From Pseudophaeobacter sp. (lineage in GTDB: Bacteria; Pseudomonadota; Alphaproteobacteria; Rhodobacterales; Rhodobacteraceae): a stretch of DNA of 64,000 bases. The stretch covers positions 1,887 through 65,886 of the forward strand of contig NZ_JBDWPJ010000034.1 in the NCBI RefSeq assembly GCF_039971195.1, in the 5' to 3' direction. A model generated the notes under the pieces. The model was given only the letters and a program-made list of their open reading frames with translations. It was not told where the DNA came from and made no database searches. Shown in pieces: positions 35,142 to 44,836 of the stretch (its first letter is position 1; each line of letters starts with the position of its first letter). The position numbers and the translations under genes are program-made.

Positions 35142-36299
35142 TCAATCATCCAGCATGTGCTCGTGGCGTTGATCGGTCAGGGTTCTGAGGAAGGCGACCA
35201 ACGCATCCATCCGGCGGTCATCCAGGGCTGGGCCATGGGTTAGCTCCTTGACCGATAGCGTGCCCGGCACCGGTGGCGCGCCCCAGATCTCTTGCGTTTC
35301 GGGGTTAATCCTGGCGGCCTCGGCCTTGCTGTTGAATTGGTTGTAAAACAACACAACTGTGCGCAGGTTCTGGAACACGCCATTGTGCATATAGGGACTG
35401 GTCACTGCTACATTGCGCAGGGTCGGCGTGCGGAATTTGCCGCGCTGCGCCGGATCGTTGACCTTGGGGTTTGCCAAAAGCCCGTCATCGACAAAATCCG
35501 CCGCCATGCCAGCCTCTTGCACCACTGCCGGATTGCGGGGAACGCCGATGTTATGGAAGCTGTAGTCGCTAAAAGTCTCTTGCGCGCCCATCGGGCTGCT
35601 GCGCAGCTGATGGCATTGATTACAATTGGTAAACTGCTCTGAGAAGAACAGGGTGCGGCCCAGCTCCTCTTCTTTGGTGAACTCTTCCTTGCCGGCCAGG
35701 TAACGGTCATATTTGCTGTCAAAGGGCGCAAAAACAGCGCTGCGTTCAAAGGCGGCAATGGCCTGGGTCATGGCGGTGAACCCGTGCTCCGCCTCCTCCA
35801 GAACGCCTGCAGCAAACAGAGCATCAAAGCGCTGTACATAACTGGGATCCTCCTGCAGCCGCTGAACCAGCATGGCTTTGTTTGGTAGCCCCATTTCAAT
35901 GGGGTTCAGCGGTGGACCTCCGGCCTGTTCCGCCAAATCCGCAGCACGCCCATCCCAGAACAGCCCACCAACCCAGTCGCCATCCTCCGCCTGATGGAAG
36001 GCTGGGATAAAGGACGCATAGGACGCAGTTGGCGCGTTCCGGTTGCCCAAAGAGCTGCCATCATCGCCCAGCGAGAAGGCCCCCTCCGCCGAACGGCGCG
36101 GATCACTAAATCCGGCTTCGGGATCATGGCAGCTTGCACAGGATTGGCTGCGGTTGAGCGACAGGTTTTCATCGTGAAAAAGCGCCTCTCCCAGGGCCTC
36201 CATCGGAGACAGGGCCTGTTGCGCAAAGCCATCCGAACAAGAAAGGGCCAGCGCCGCAAGGGCTGCAGAGGTGAAACAAAGGGGCTTGGTCTTGTGCAT
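35142..36299 (-). CDS. Di-heme cytochrome c peroxidase / MauG family
   Basis: Signal peptide; two CXXCH sites (CASCH, CNQCH); GNRNAPT, FWDGRA, GKFRTPTLRNV, PYMHNG. Confidence 0.9.
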   Translation of the reverse strand: MHKTKPLCFTSAALAALALSCSDGFAQQALSPMEALGEALFHDENLSLNRSQSCASCHDPEAGFSDPRRSAEGAFSLGDDGSSLGNRNAPTASYASFIPAFHQAEDGDWVGGLFWDGRAADLAEQAGGPPLNPIEMGLPNKAMLVQRLQEDPSYVQRFDALFAAGVLEEAEHGFTAMTQAIAAFERSAVFAPFDSKYDRYLAGKEEFTKEEELGRTLFFSEQFTNCNQCHQLRSSPMGAQETFSDYSFHNIGVPRNPAVVQEAGMAADFVDDGLLANPKVNDPAQRGKFRTPTLRNVAVTSPYMHNGVFQNLRTVVLFYNQFNSKAEAARINPETQEIWGAPPVPGTLSVKELTHGPALDDRRMDALVAFLRTLTDQRHEHMLDD

Positions 36300-36357
36300 A
36301 AAGGGCTCCGGGGAAAACGGCTATGCCTGTAATTCCCCGAAACCCATAGGGTGATCT

Positions 36358-36371
36358 TTGACTTAGCGCAA
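36358..36371. promoter_or_regulatory. FNR/Dnr-like box upstream of the peroxidase
   Basis: TTGAC-TTAG-CGCAA, 59-72 bp upstream of the ATG; imperfect match to TTGAT-N4-ATCAA. Confidence 0.42.
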
Positions 36372-36451
36372 TTTCCGATTAAAAAAATCAGGAATATCAC
36401 CCCCCACTCCCACAGTGGTTTAGCTGGTGTAGCGCCACAAGGGATCTGTGG

Positions 36452-36826
36452 TCAGCTCAGCAACAGGACCACGATCATCAGGAGGTTCATCGAGGCAAAC
36501 TGCATGAGCCAGGGATGTTTGCGGCTACGCAGCGCTGCAAAGACTGCCATGCCAATGGACACCAACAAGCCAAGACTTGCCAAGCCGCCGCCAATCAGAC
36601 CTGCAAGCCCCGTATCCGGCCCCCAGGGGGATCCAGGCAGGATCATACCCTTGAGGCCAAATCCGATGAGAATGCCCAGAATTGCCCCCAGCAGGGTTGC
36701 TCCGACGCTGCGGGCCTGTGCCATGCCACGTCCCCCCAGGACGCTATCAATCACTTCATGTGTCGGCACCGCTCCTGGTGTCCATTGAATGCGCTCGAGC
36801 CGGTCATCAAAGCTTCTGCTGGTCAC
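36452..36826 (-). CDS. Hypothetical membrane protein, about 124 aa with three predicted TM helices
   Basis: AGGAGG RBS precedes GTG at 36826; three Gly/Leu-rich hydrophobic segments. Confidence 0.75.
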   Translation of the reverse strand: MTSRSFDDRLERIQWTPGAVPTHEVIDSVLGGRGMAQARSVGATLLGAILGILIGFGLKGMILPGSPWGPDTGLAGLIGGGLASLGLLVSIGMAVFAALRSRKHPWLMQFASMNLLMIVVLLLS

Positions 36827-36875
36827 GTGAATTCCTCCTGAAATCGAGGGCAATTTCATAAAATATTAAGGCCGA

Positions 36876-36931
36876 TTAATGGCAGGTTAAGGAAGTTAAC
36901 AGGGCATTAGGGAAGATTACTCATATCTTAA
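36876..36931. promoter_or_regulatory. CtrA binding sites
   Basis: Perfect TTAA-TGGCAGG-TTAA (36876-36890); TTAC-TCATATC-TTAA (36917-36931); additional TTAA half-sites. Confidence 0.7.
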
Positions 36932-37049
36932 CGGGGGACTCCTAGGCACGGGCCTTTTGCGGGTCCACAAAGGCTAAAGCAACAGGCAACGACGGCCACT
37001 CCCAGCCAGTCCCTCCACAGATAGACAAGCGAGGTGGACAGTCGGAAAG

Positions 37050-37643
37050 TCAGCTGCCCCAGATCTTGGTCACGTAGTTCTGGGTCTCTTTGTACGGGGG
37101 GATGCCACCATATTTTCGCACTGCCTGCGGACCGGCATTATAGGCCGCCAGCGCCAAGCGCCAGGAGCCAAATTTGCGGAACTGTTTGGACAGGTAGCGC
37201 GCGCCCCCTTCGAGGTTTTGTTTGGGAATTGAAGGATCAACCCCAAGCCGACGGGCGGTGGCAGGCATCAGCTGTGCAAGGCCAAGCGCGCCTTTGTGGG
37301 ATTCCGCATTTGGATCCCAGTTGCTCTCTTGCTGGACCAGGCGCAGGAACAGATCTTCGGGCACACCATGTTTTCGTGCGGCCTGACGCGCCATCATCAG
37401 ATACTCACCCCGGTAGCTGCCTGTGTAGCGCGGCGAGACCGAGGTGACACTGGGGATCGCATTGGGCTGAAGGCGGGCGGAGTCTTCATATTGCTGCGCC
37501 GCACGGGTATCCAGAACCCGTGTATGGGCGGCAAACAGATCGCGCCGGTTCTTTGTGCTGAACATATCGGCGGTTGCAACGGTGGCCAGCCCCAGGCTAC
37601 CCCCATAAATCACGCTAATGATGCCAAATGTCAGTGACCGCAT
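37050..37643 (-). CDS. Soluble lytic transglycosylase (SLT domain)
   Basis: [48 protein letters not shown]. Confidence 0.92.
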   Translation of the reverse strand: MRSLTFGIISVIYGGSLGLATVATADMFSTKNRRDLFAAHTRVLDTRAAQQYEDSARLQPNAIPSVTSVSPRYTGSYRGEYLMMARQAARKHGVPEDLFLRLVQQESNWDPNAESHKGALGLAQLMPATARRLGVDPSIPKQNLEGGARYLSKQFRKFGSWRLALAAYNAGPQAVRKYGGIPPYKETQNYVTKIWGS

Positions 37644-37914
37644 TGCTGGCCCCCACCCCTTACACTCGCAGAAAACTTTTCGCGACTATAGCCAAACTGA
37701 CATCAAATGGAAGCAATCTGCTTCACTGCCCTGCCCTGCTAAGGTTGATCGGCGTGGCTTCGCCGAAAGTCCGCAGTTCCCGGACCGCCAGAGGGGTGCT
37801 TTCCACGCCGGGCGCAGGTCTATACTGTGCCCCGAAACCCCGGCGATGGGATTCGTTTGATCCCCGTCGCGCCCCGCACATAGACAACCAAGAAAAGAAT
37901 AAGGACGGATCCCC

Positions 37915-38433
37915 ATGGCCGGCTCAGTCAACAAAGTCATCCTCATCGGCAACCTGGGACGCGACCCGGAAGTGCGGTCGTTTCAAAACGGCGGCAAAGT
38001 CTGCAATCTGCGCATTGCGACCTCGGAAAACTGGAAAGACCGCAACACGGGTGAGCGCCGCGAGCGCACCGAATGGCATTCAGTTGCAATCTTCAGCGAA
38101 GGCCTGGTTCGCGTTGCTGAGCAATATCTCCGCAAGGGTTCCAAGGTCTATATCGAAGGCCAACTGCAGACCCGCAAATGGCAGGACCAAAGCGGCAATG
38201 ACCGCTATTCTACCGAAGTTGTTTTGCAGGGCTTTGGCTCCACCCTGACCATGCTGGACGGCCGCGGTGAAGGCAGCGGCGGCGGTGGATTTGGCGGTGG
38301 CCAGGACAGCGGCGGCAGCTACGGTGGTGGTGGTGGCTACGACAGCGGCCCACAGCAAGGCGGCGGTGGCGGTTTTGGCGGCGGCTCCAGCGGCCCGTCG
38401 CACAACATCGACGACGACGAAATCCCGTTCTGA
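37915..38433 (+). CDS. ssb: Single-stranded DNA-binding protein
   Basis: [21 protein letters not shown], Gly-rich linker, DDEIPF tail. Confidence 0.97.
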   Translation: MAGSVNKVILIGNLGRDPEVRSFQNGGKVCNLRIATSENWKDRNTGERRERTEWHSVAIFSEGLVRVAEQYLRKGSKVYIEGQLQTRKWQDQSGNDRYSTEVVLQGFGSTLTMLDGRGEGSGGGGFGGGQDSGGSYGGGGGYDSGPQQGGGGGFGGGSSGPSHNIDDDEIPF

Positions 38434-38568
38434 GGGTAGTAACTTCTAAATCGTAGATTTTTGAACGATAGCTATCTGTAAGGCAATGAGAACCTCATCA
38501 AAGATGTATAATTTTGAGGTTGATAAACCCACGTAATTCCGGAACCAATCAATTATGTAGATTTTTGA

Positions 38569-38745
38569 TTGGTTTCGGATCAGGTACTCATACAGCGCAT
38601 TTCCACTCTCATCAGTGGCGAACGGTTCAGCTACCTCGAAGGTGAAGACAATTTGCCAGACTATTGGTCAACGCTCTTTGTCACTGTTAAGCTGCGCTCC
38701 AAGCTCTCACAGAATACTATTTTGAGCGTACTTGGCGCTCTATGA
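38569..38745 (+). pseudogene. Putative N-terminal stub of a tyrosine recombinase/integrase
   Basis: TTG-start frame reads MVSDQVLIQRISTLISGERFSYLEGEDNLPDYWSTLFVTVKLRSKLSQNTILSVLGAL*; SGERF..L...P..W.TLF...LR....NTI resembles genomic-island integrase N-termini (recalled pattern, unverified). Confidence 0.45.
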
Positions 38746-38871
38746 ACACTTCACTCTCAAGAGTTCTGAGGCTGAAAAAAGTTTGAATGTCCGGAAATCG
38801 GATGATGTGATTTCTATGCGAATCCACCACCCACACAGTATCTCGGCTTTGGAAACCGTTAGCTCACATCA

Positions 38872-38916
38872 ACAAAAAAGCAGGATGAGTGTAGCAACTC
38901 GCTTCCTGTTTTTTGT
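38872..38916. terminator. Bidirectional terminator-like hairpin just outside the IS3 end
   Basis: acaaaaaagcagga ... tcctgttttttgt. Confidence 0.5.
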
Positions 38917-38963
38917 CGGAAAAACTGGACCTGTCGCGCATTTGTGCCGCCCCAGGTGCTCGT

Positions 38964-39546
38964 TTAGGCCACTTTCCGTTCAAAAGTGACGGGGCTTTTC
39001 CAGCCTAATGCTGAGTGGCCGCAGCGCGGATTGTAAAAGCCGTTTATGTATTCGAAGATTGCCATCTCAGCTTTGCGTCCTGTCTCCCAAGGATATCGCC
39101 GGATCAGCTCTGCCTTGATCGTCTTGAAGAAGGTCTCAACAGCCGCATTATCGTAGCAATTACCTTTGCCAGACATCGATACCTTGAACCCGTGCTGGCG
39201 CAGGATTTTCTGATAGTCATGAGAGCAGTATTGCGACCCGCGATCCGTGTGGTGGATGCAGCCTCTGGGCCGTGTTCTGAACGCAATGGCTAATTTCAAC
39301 GCCCTTATCGCCAGGTCCCGTTTCATCCGATTGCTGACCGCCCAGCCAATGACACGGCGTGAATGCAAGTCCCGGATCACAGCAAGATACAGCCATCCCT
39401 CACGGGTCCACACATAGGCGATGTCACCGGCCCATTTCTGGTTGGGTTCGGAAAGCACGCAGACCACATGCGCTGACGCCGACAACATTGCAAAGTCGGT
39501 TGGCCGGAAAGTCAGACCTGTGTTCTTCGGTAAACCCAAATCTCAT
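38964..39546 (-). pseudogene. IS3 OrfB (rve/DDE) with in-gene deletion and frameshift
   Basis: Frame starting at ATG 39546 (MRFGFTEEHRSDFPANRLCNVVGVS) jumps to PNQKWAGD in another frame; HTDRGSQY and CYDNAAVETFFKTIKAE retained. Confidence 0.85.
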
Positions 39547-39839
39547 TGCTTTAGGCCTGCGAAGAACTGGGTGGCCTTTTTTAAGATTTCCCTCTCCTCC
39601 TTGAAGAGCCGGATCTCACGTCGAAGTCGATCATTCTCTTCGGCGAGGCTCAGATCCTCTTTCGACACCACATCTGTGTCCTGATGGGCTGTGATCCATT
39701 TGTTCAAAGGCGACATTCCGACACCCAAATCATCAGCACCCTGCTTACGCGTAGGCCCGCTGGTCAGCGCGATACGCACCGTATCATGGCGGAATTTGTC
39801 CGTCCGTTTCTGTCCCACAGCCCGTCTCCTTTGCTGCAA
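39543..39839 (-). CDS. IS3 OrfA (HTH); true start probably downstream of 39839
   Basis: ADDLGVGMSPLNKW, ENDRLRREIRLFKEEREILKKATQFF. Confidence 0.85.
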   Translation of the reverse strand: MQQRRRAVGQKRTDKFRHDTVRIALTSGPTRKQGADDLGVGMSPLNKWITAHQDTDVVSKEDLSLAEENDRLRREIRLFKEEREILKKATQFFAGLKQ

Positions 39840-39877
39840 TAAATGCTATCAAAGGAGCGGCATCAAACCGCGACAGG

Positions 39878-40186
39878 TCAAGTTCTATGGATCTTCAGGT
39901 GGGTCGCTTCAATCATTAGTGTGCCTGTTGCATCGCCTTGAGCGGCCAGTACGGTCAGGATGCGTGCAAAGACGCCCATCTGGGACCATCGCGCCCATCG
40001 GTTGTAAAGCGTCTTATATGGCCCATAATCTGATGGAGCGTCTCGCCAGCGCAAGCCATTGCGAATGACATGGATGATGCCACTGAGAACCTTTCGGTCG
40101 CCAGCACGAGCAACACCATGTGGCTTTGGGAACATATGCTTGATGCGGTTGAGACGCTCTGGATTGAGCCAGAACAGATGCGACAT
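39878..40186 (-). pseudogene. IS5-family (IS427-like) transposase N-terminal fragment, cut at the IS3 end
   Basis: DRKVLSGIIHVIRNGLRWRDAPSDYGPYKTLYNRWARWS, LMIEATHLKIHRT; ends where the IS3 terminal repeat begins. Confidence 0.82.
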
Positions 40187-40391
40187 GGATAATCCTCCTG
40201 GCGCACACGAAACACGTTAAATGGGTGAATGGAATCGACTATCGCAAGGGCCGCTATACTTCGCGATCCAGTCATCCGACAAAAAGAGTCAGATGACGGC
40301 GCTGAGCCCAAAATTGACATTGCCTAGCATTCTTGAATAGCTGTTCGGACGCCATATTCTTTGCCCAAAATGCCTTTAGGAGTTCTCACTA

Positions 40392-41011
40392 ATGATTGAT
40401 CCGGTCGGTTAATGTCGGTTGGCATTGCATTTTTTGTTGTGGCTGCTTCTCCGGGCCCCGCAACTTTGGCAGCGGCGACTGTTTCCATGAGTTCTGGTAG
40501 AAGCAACGGGCTTCGTTTCGGTATGGGGTTGTCGGTCGGATTGGCTTTCTGGGGACTGGTTGCGGCCACAGGCGTGGGAGCCGTTTTACAGGCGTCGACA
40601 TATGCCCTAACGGCTCTCAAGGTCTTTGGCGGCGGATATCTCTTATGGCTTGCCTTCAAAACTGCCCGATCTGCCTGTGAAAAGACGCCACCCATGACGC
40701 CACAGGAGGCAAACGGGAGATGGTTCAAACGCGGGCTCATCCTAAATCTATCAAACCCTAAAGCTGTTGTCGCTTAGATGTCGACGCTTTCCTTGGGATT
40801 GGGGGATGGTGATGGGGTTTGGCAGGTGGCGCTGGCCACATCAATTTGCGTGGCACTGGGTTTCTTTATCTACTTTGTTTACGCAGTCACTTTTTCCTTG
40901 CCTAGAGCAATGAGTGGCTACGCGCGGGTCCGCAAATGGGTCGATGGCGCGGTCGCTGGTCTCTTCGCCATTGCGGGGGTGGGCCTTTTGCGATCAGCAT
41001 TCAGCAAGTAA
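40392..41011 (+). pseudogene. LysE/RhtB family exporter pseudogene
   Basis: SPGP, GGGYLLWLA and NPKAVVA motifs; in-frame TAG at 40775-40777 at the usual Trp position; apparent 1-bp frameshift between ATG 40392 and ATG 40412. Confidence 0.82.
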
Positions 41012-41156
41012 AAAGCGAAAAGCCCGCTTCGTCCGCAACCCGGTCATAGCAGTGTTTTCTGCCGGTGTCTGTTCTGGATCAAAGCAGCCGTTGACGCTGC
41101 GACCTGTTTATAGGTCCAGAGCCTAGGCAAGGCGCAAACCCTGCGATCAAAATTTG

Positions 41157-41187
41157 AAAAGGGCTGGCATTCGCCAGCCCTTTTTTG
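41157..41187. terminator. Bidirectional terminator
   Basis: aaaagggctggc-attc-gccagcccttttt. Confidence 0.75.
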
Positions 41188-41293
41188 ATGCGCTCAAATC
41201 GCATATTTTTCAGGTCTCCCCAGATGCCCTGGCAGCGGGCCTCCCCAACCACTTCATCTCTGCACCCTGCCCCGATTGACCTAGGTCTAGGTC

Positions 41294-42214
41294 TTAGGTG
41301 GTGGAAACGATCCATTCTGGGCGGATGCCGCATTTGACGATATAGTGCGCGACATTGTGGCCGCGAAACAGCCCGTGATCGGTGATCAGGACCGTGCCAA
41401 TGCCCACAGCTGCCCCACCCAGCACATCCGTGTGCAGGGTATCACCCACCATGGCAATACGCCCTTCGTCGATTCCCTGCAGCCGGGCCAGCGCTGCCTC
41501 AAAGGCGTTGCAAAAGGGTTTTCCGTAAAACTGCGCCTCTCCGCCAGTACGCTCAGTGATCTGATGAGCAATCAAGCCTGGCTCAATCGACAGGCCGGTT
41601 TCGCGCGGTGCCACCAGGTCAGGATTGGCCACGATCAGTGGCCTTGGGTTCTCTTCGAGAGCGGAAGTTAGAGCCTCCGTGTCTGCATCACTCCAACGCG
41701 CCGACGACAACAGCAGAAAACCAGCAGCACTGCGCAGCAGTTCCATGTCATCAGCCAGCTGTTTGATCCGCGCTGTTTTGGGCGCATCGCTGAAATCATC
41801 GCCTTCAGCAGCGGCAGCGGCCCAGATCCCGCCATCCTGCAATTGCGGCAGATTTGCAAAGGCCACATCGCGGCTGGAAACCACCTCTTCGGCCTGAAAG
41901 TCAAAGCCAAGCCGGTGATACTTTGCCAGAATTTCAGCGCGGGTGTAGCTGGCGGCATTGGTCAGAACCACCAGCCGCTTGCCCGCAGCGCGAAGCATGG
42001 CCATACGCTCAACCGCGCCCTCAATAGCAGTCTCGCCGCGATTCAAGACGCCAAAGGCATCCAGAATATAGGCGTCATAGTCACCCATTGTATCGCCCAG
42101 ATCTTGCCCGGTCTGACTGCGGCTGGCAAAGACTGCGGGAGGCAGGACAGATCGCACAGATTCATATCTGTTAAAGGCCCAATTGGTATCGATCATCTTT
42201 CCACTTTCATGCAA
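41294..42214 (-). CDS. HAD-superfamily class IIA hydrolase with atypical motif I (DAFGVL)
   Basis: Motifs LDAFGVLN, LTNAAS, NPD, GKP, MVGDTLHTDVLGG. Confidence 0.88.
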   Translation of the reverse strand: MHESGKMIDTNWAFNRYESVRSVLPPAVFASRSQTGQDLGDTMGDYDAYILDAFGVLNRGETAIEGAVERMAMLRAAGKRLVVLTNAASYTRAEILAKYHRLGFDFQAEEVVSSRDVAFANLPQLQDGGIWAAAAAEGDDFSDAPKTARIKQLADDMELLRSAAGFLLLSSARWSDADTEALTSALEENPRPLIVANPDLVAPRETGLSIEPGLIAHQITERTGGEAQFYGKPFCNAFEAALARLQGIDEGRIAMVGDTLHTDVLGGAAVGIGTVLITDHGLFRGHNVAHYIVKCGIRPEWIVSTT

Positions 42215-42318
42215 ATGCCGACCCGTTGGGGCGGCGATCTGGTCTTTGTTTCACTTTCTCAAGACACCATTTCCCGGCGTGGCACAAGGCAGGGAGATCT
42301 TGAGGTCCTGGGTATTGG

Positions 42319-43131
42319 TTACAGGATCTTTTTGCGCAGGTAAGAAGACACAACCTCGCCAAAGACCACCAAAGCCAGGATGGTCAAAAGCACCATGGAG
42401 ACCTCAGGCCAGTTGAAGGTATCAATTGCGCCTTGCAGGATCATGCCAATACCGCCAGCACCAACCAACCCCAGCACGGTGGATTCCCGAAGGTTGATGT
42501 CCCAGCGCAGGATTGCCACGGCAAAGAAGGCCGGCATCACTTGTGGAACAATGGCATAGAGCACAATCTTGAAGCGGGAGGCCCCGCAGGCCTCCAGCGC
42601 CTCCACCGGCTTCTGGTCAATTTCCTCGATTGCCTCACCCAGCAACTTACCCAGAAACCCGATGGAACGGAACATGATCGCCACAATGCCCGCCACGATC
42701 CCAGGTCCAAAAATGGCCACGAACAGAAGCGCCCAGATGATGGTATTGACTGAGCGCGACGAGACCAGAATGAACCTCCCAATCCAGAGCGCGATACGGT
42801 TTGGCGTGGTGTTCTGCGCCGAGATATAGGCCACCGGCAGGGAGACAACCACGGCAATCATTGTGGCCAGGGTGGCGATATTCACCGTCTGCCAGATCGC
42901 CTCCAGAATTGAAGGTAGATTGCGCGGGTCCGGTGGCATCATCCGGGCAAACAGATCCCCCATCTGATTGGGCGCGTCCCAGACCCACTCCCAGATCACA
43001 TTGATGCTGCTCAGCGCCCAGGCCACCACCAAGAGGGTGAGCGCGAGACCACCATAGCGCATCAGGCGCTGGCGCAGGGTGAAACGGGACCAATGGTCCA
43101 GGGTTTGTTGCAGAGGTTGAGTGCTCATCAC
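42319..43131 (-). CDS. PhnE/PtxC-type ABC permease
   Basis: GFLGKLLGEAIEEID, RWDINLRESTVLGLVGAGGIG. Confidence 0.9.
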   Translation of the reverse strand: MMSTQPLQQTLDHWSRFTLRQRLMRYGGLALTLLVVAWALSSINVIWEWVWDAPNQMGDLFARMMPPDPRNLPSILEAIWQTVNIATLATMIAVVVSLPVAYISAQNTTPNRIALWIGRFILVSSRSVNTIIWALLFVAIFGPGIVAGIVAIMFRSIGFLGKLLGEAIEEIDQKPVEALEACGASRFKIVLYAIVPQVMPAFFAVAILRWDINLRESTVLGLVGAGGIGMILQGAIDTFNWPEVSMVLLTILALVVFGEVVSSYLRKKIL

Positions 43132-43918
43132 GCGATCCGCTTTCTGATAAATCCGCTCACCGCCTCAGAGATGAGGATCACCCCAACGATGACCATAGTG
43201 ATGGCGAGGGCAAAATCGTAGTCATAGCGGCCAAAGGCATTGGCCAGCGTCGCGCCAATGCCACCTGCCCCGACAATGCCCACCACAGCAGAGGCCCGCA
43301 GGTTGCTGTCCAACTGGTAGATCCCCAGTCCCACAAGACGGGGCATGATCTGCGGCAGCACCGCATAGGCCAATGTCACGATATAGCCCGCCCCAGCAGC
43401 GCGCATGGCTTCGACTTGGCCAAAATCGATTTCTTCGATCCGTTCCGCCAGCAGTTTGGCGACGAACCCAATGGAATAGACCACCAGGGTAAGCGCCCCG
43501 GCAAAGGGGCCAAAGCCTACTGCCTTCACAAAGATGATGGCGACAATCACCGGGTGGAAACTGCGCGCCACAATGATGATGCCACGGCCCAAAAGATAGA
43601 TCGGTTTGATGGCAATATTGCCTGCCGCCATAAAGGCCAAAGGCACCGACAATAGAATCCCCCCAACGGTGGCCAGGATGGCGATTTTCAGGCTTTCGAG
43701 GAAACCATCAATCATCAAGCCGGACCGCTCAAAACTGGGAGGAAAGGCGCCGCTGAAAATCCGCTGCGCGCGGCTCATCCCGTCCGACACCCGTTCCCAG
43801 TCAATCGGCAAGGTCGCCAGGGTGAAGATGAAATAGAGCGCAACTGCGCCGTAAAGACCTAACCGTATCAACGGGTTGGCGATGAAGGGCGGTTTACGCC
43901 AGCTGCCTTTTGCCTGAC

Positions 43919-43922
<4 letters not shown>
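43128..43922 (-). CDS. PhnE/PtxC-type ABC permease, second copy
   Basis: GFVAKLLAERIEEID, NLRASAVVGIVGAGGIG. Confidence 0.9.
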
Positions 43923-44692
<770 letters not shown>

Positions 44693-44836
44693 GGTGGTCT
44701 TTCGGAATTTGCGCGAGGGCAAAGCAACAGCAAGTTGCCGATACAGGTATAAGCACAGCAACAGGCGCAGGCCGGTACCGGGACGCAGAAGTACACGGCC
44801 GACGCTGTAGCCGACCGTGCTTTTGGCGGGGCTAGG

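Larger units (their letters stand above)
38926..39880 (-). mobile_element. IS3-family element, internally deleted
   Basis: Imperfect terminal repeats TGGACCTGTCGCGCATTTGTGCCGC / TGACCTGTCGCGGTTTGATGCCGC; orfA and orfB inside; only 955 bp. Confidence 0.88.

Noticed and set aside
37644-37914. LexA box upstream of ssb
   Set aside because: No GTTC-N7-GTTC or GAAC-N7-GAAC found in the interval
37050-38433. slt plus ssb as prophage or conjugative genes
   Set aside because: Typical chromosomal forms; no structural phage or T4SS genes nearby
38920-39890. Target-site duplication for the IS3 element
   Set aside because: Flanks (aaac left, agtt right) do not match
40775-40777. In-frame TAG in the LysE gene as pyrrolysine or programmed readthrough
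   Set aside because: Falls at a usual Trp position (single-base change), a second lesion is present, and no pyl genes are seen
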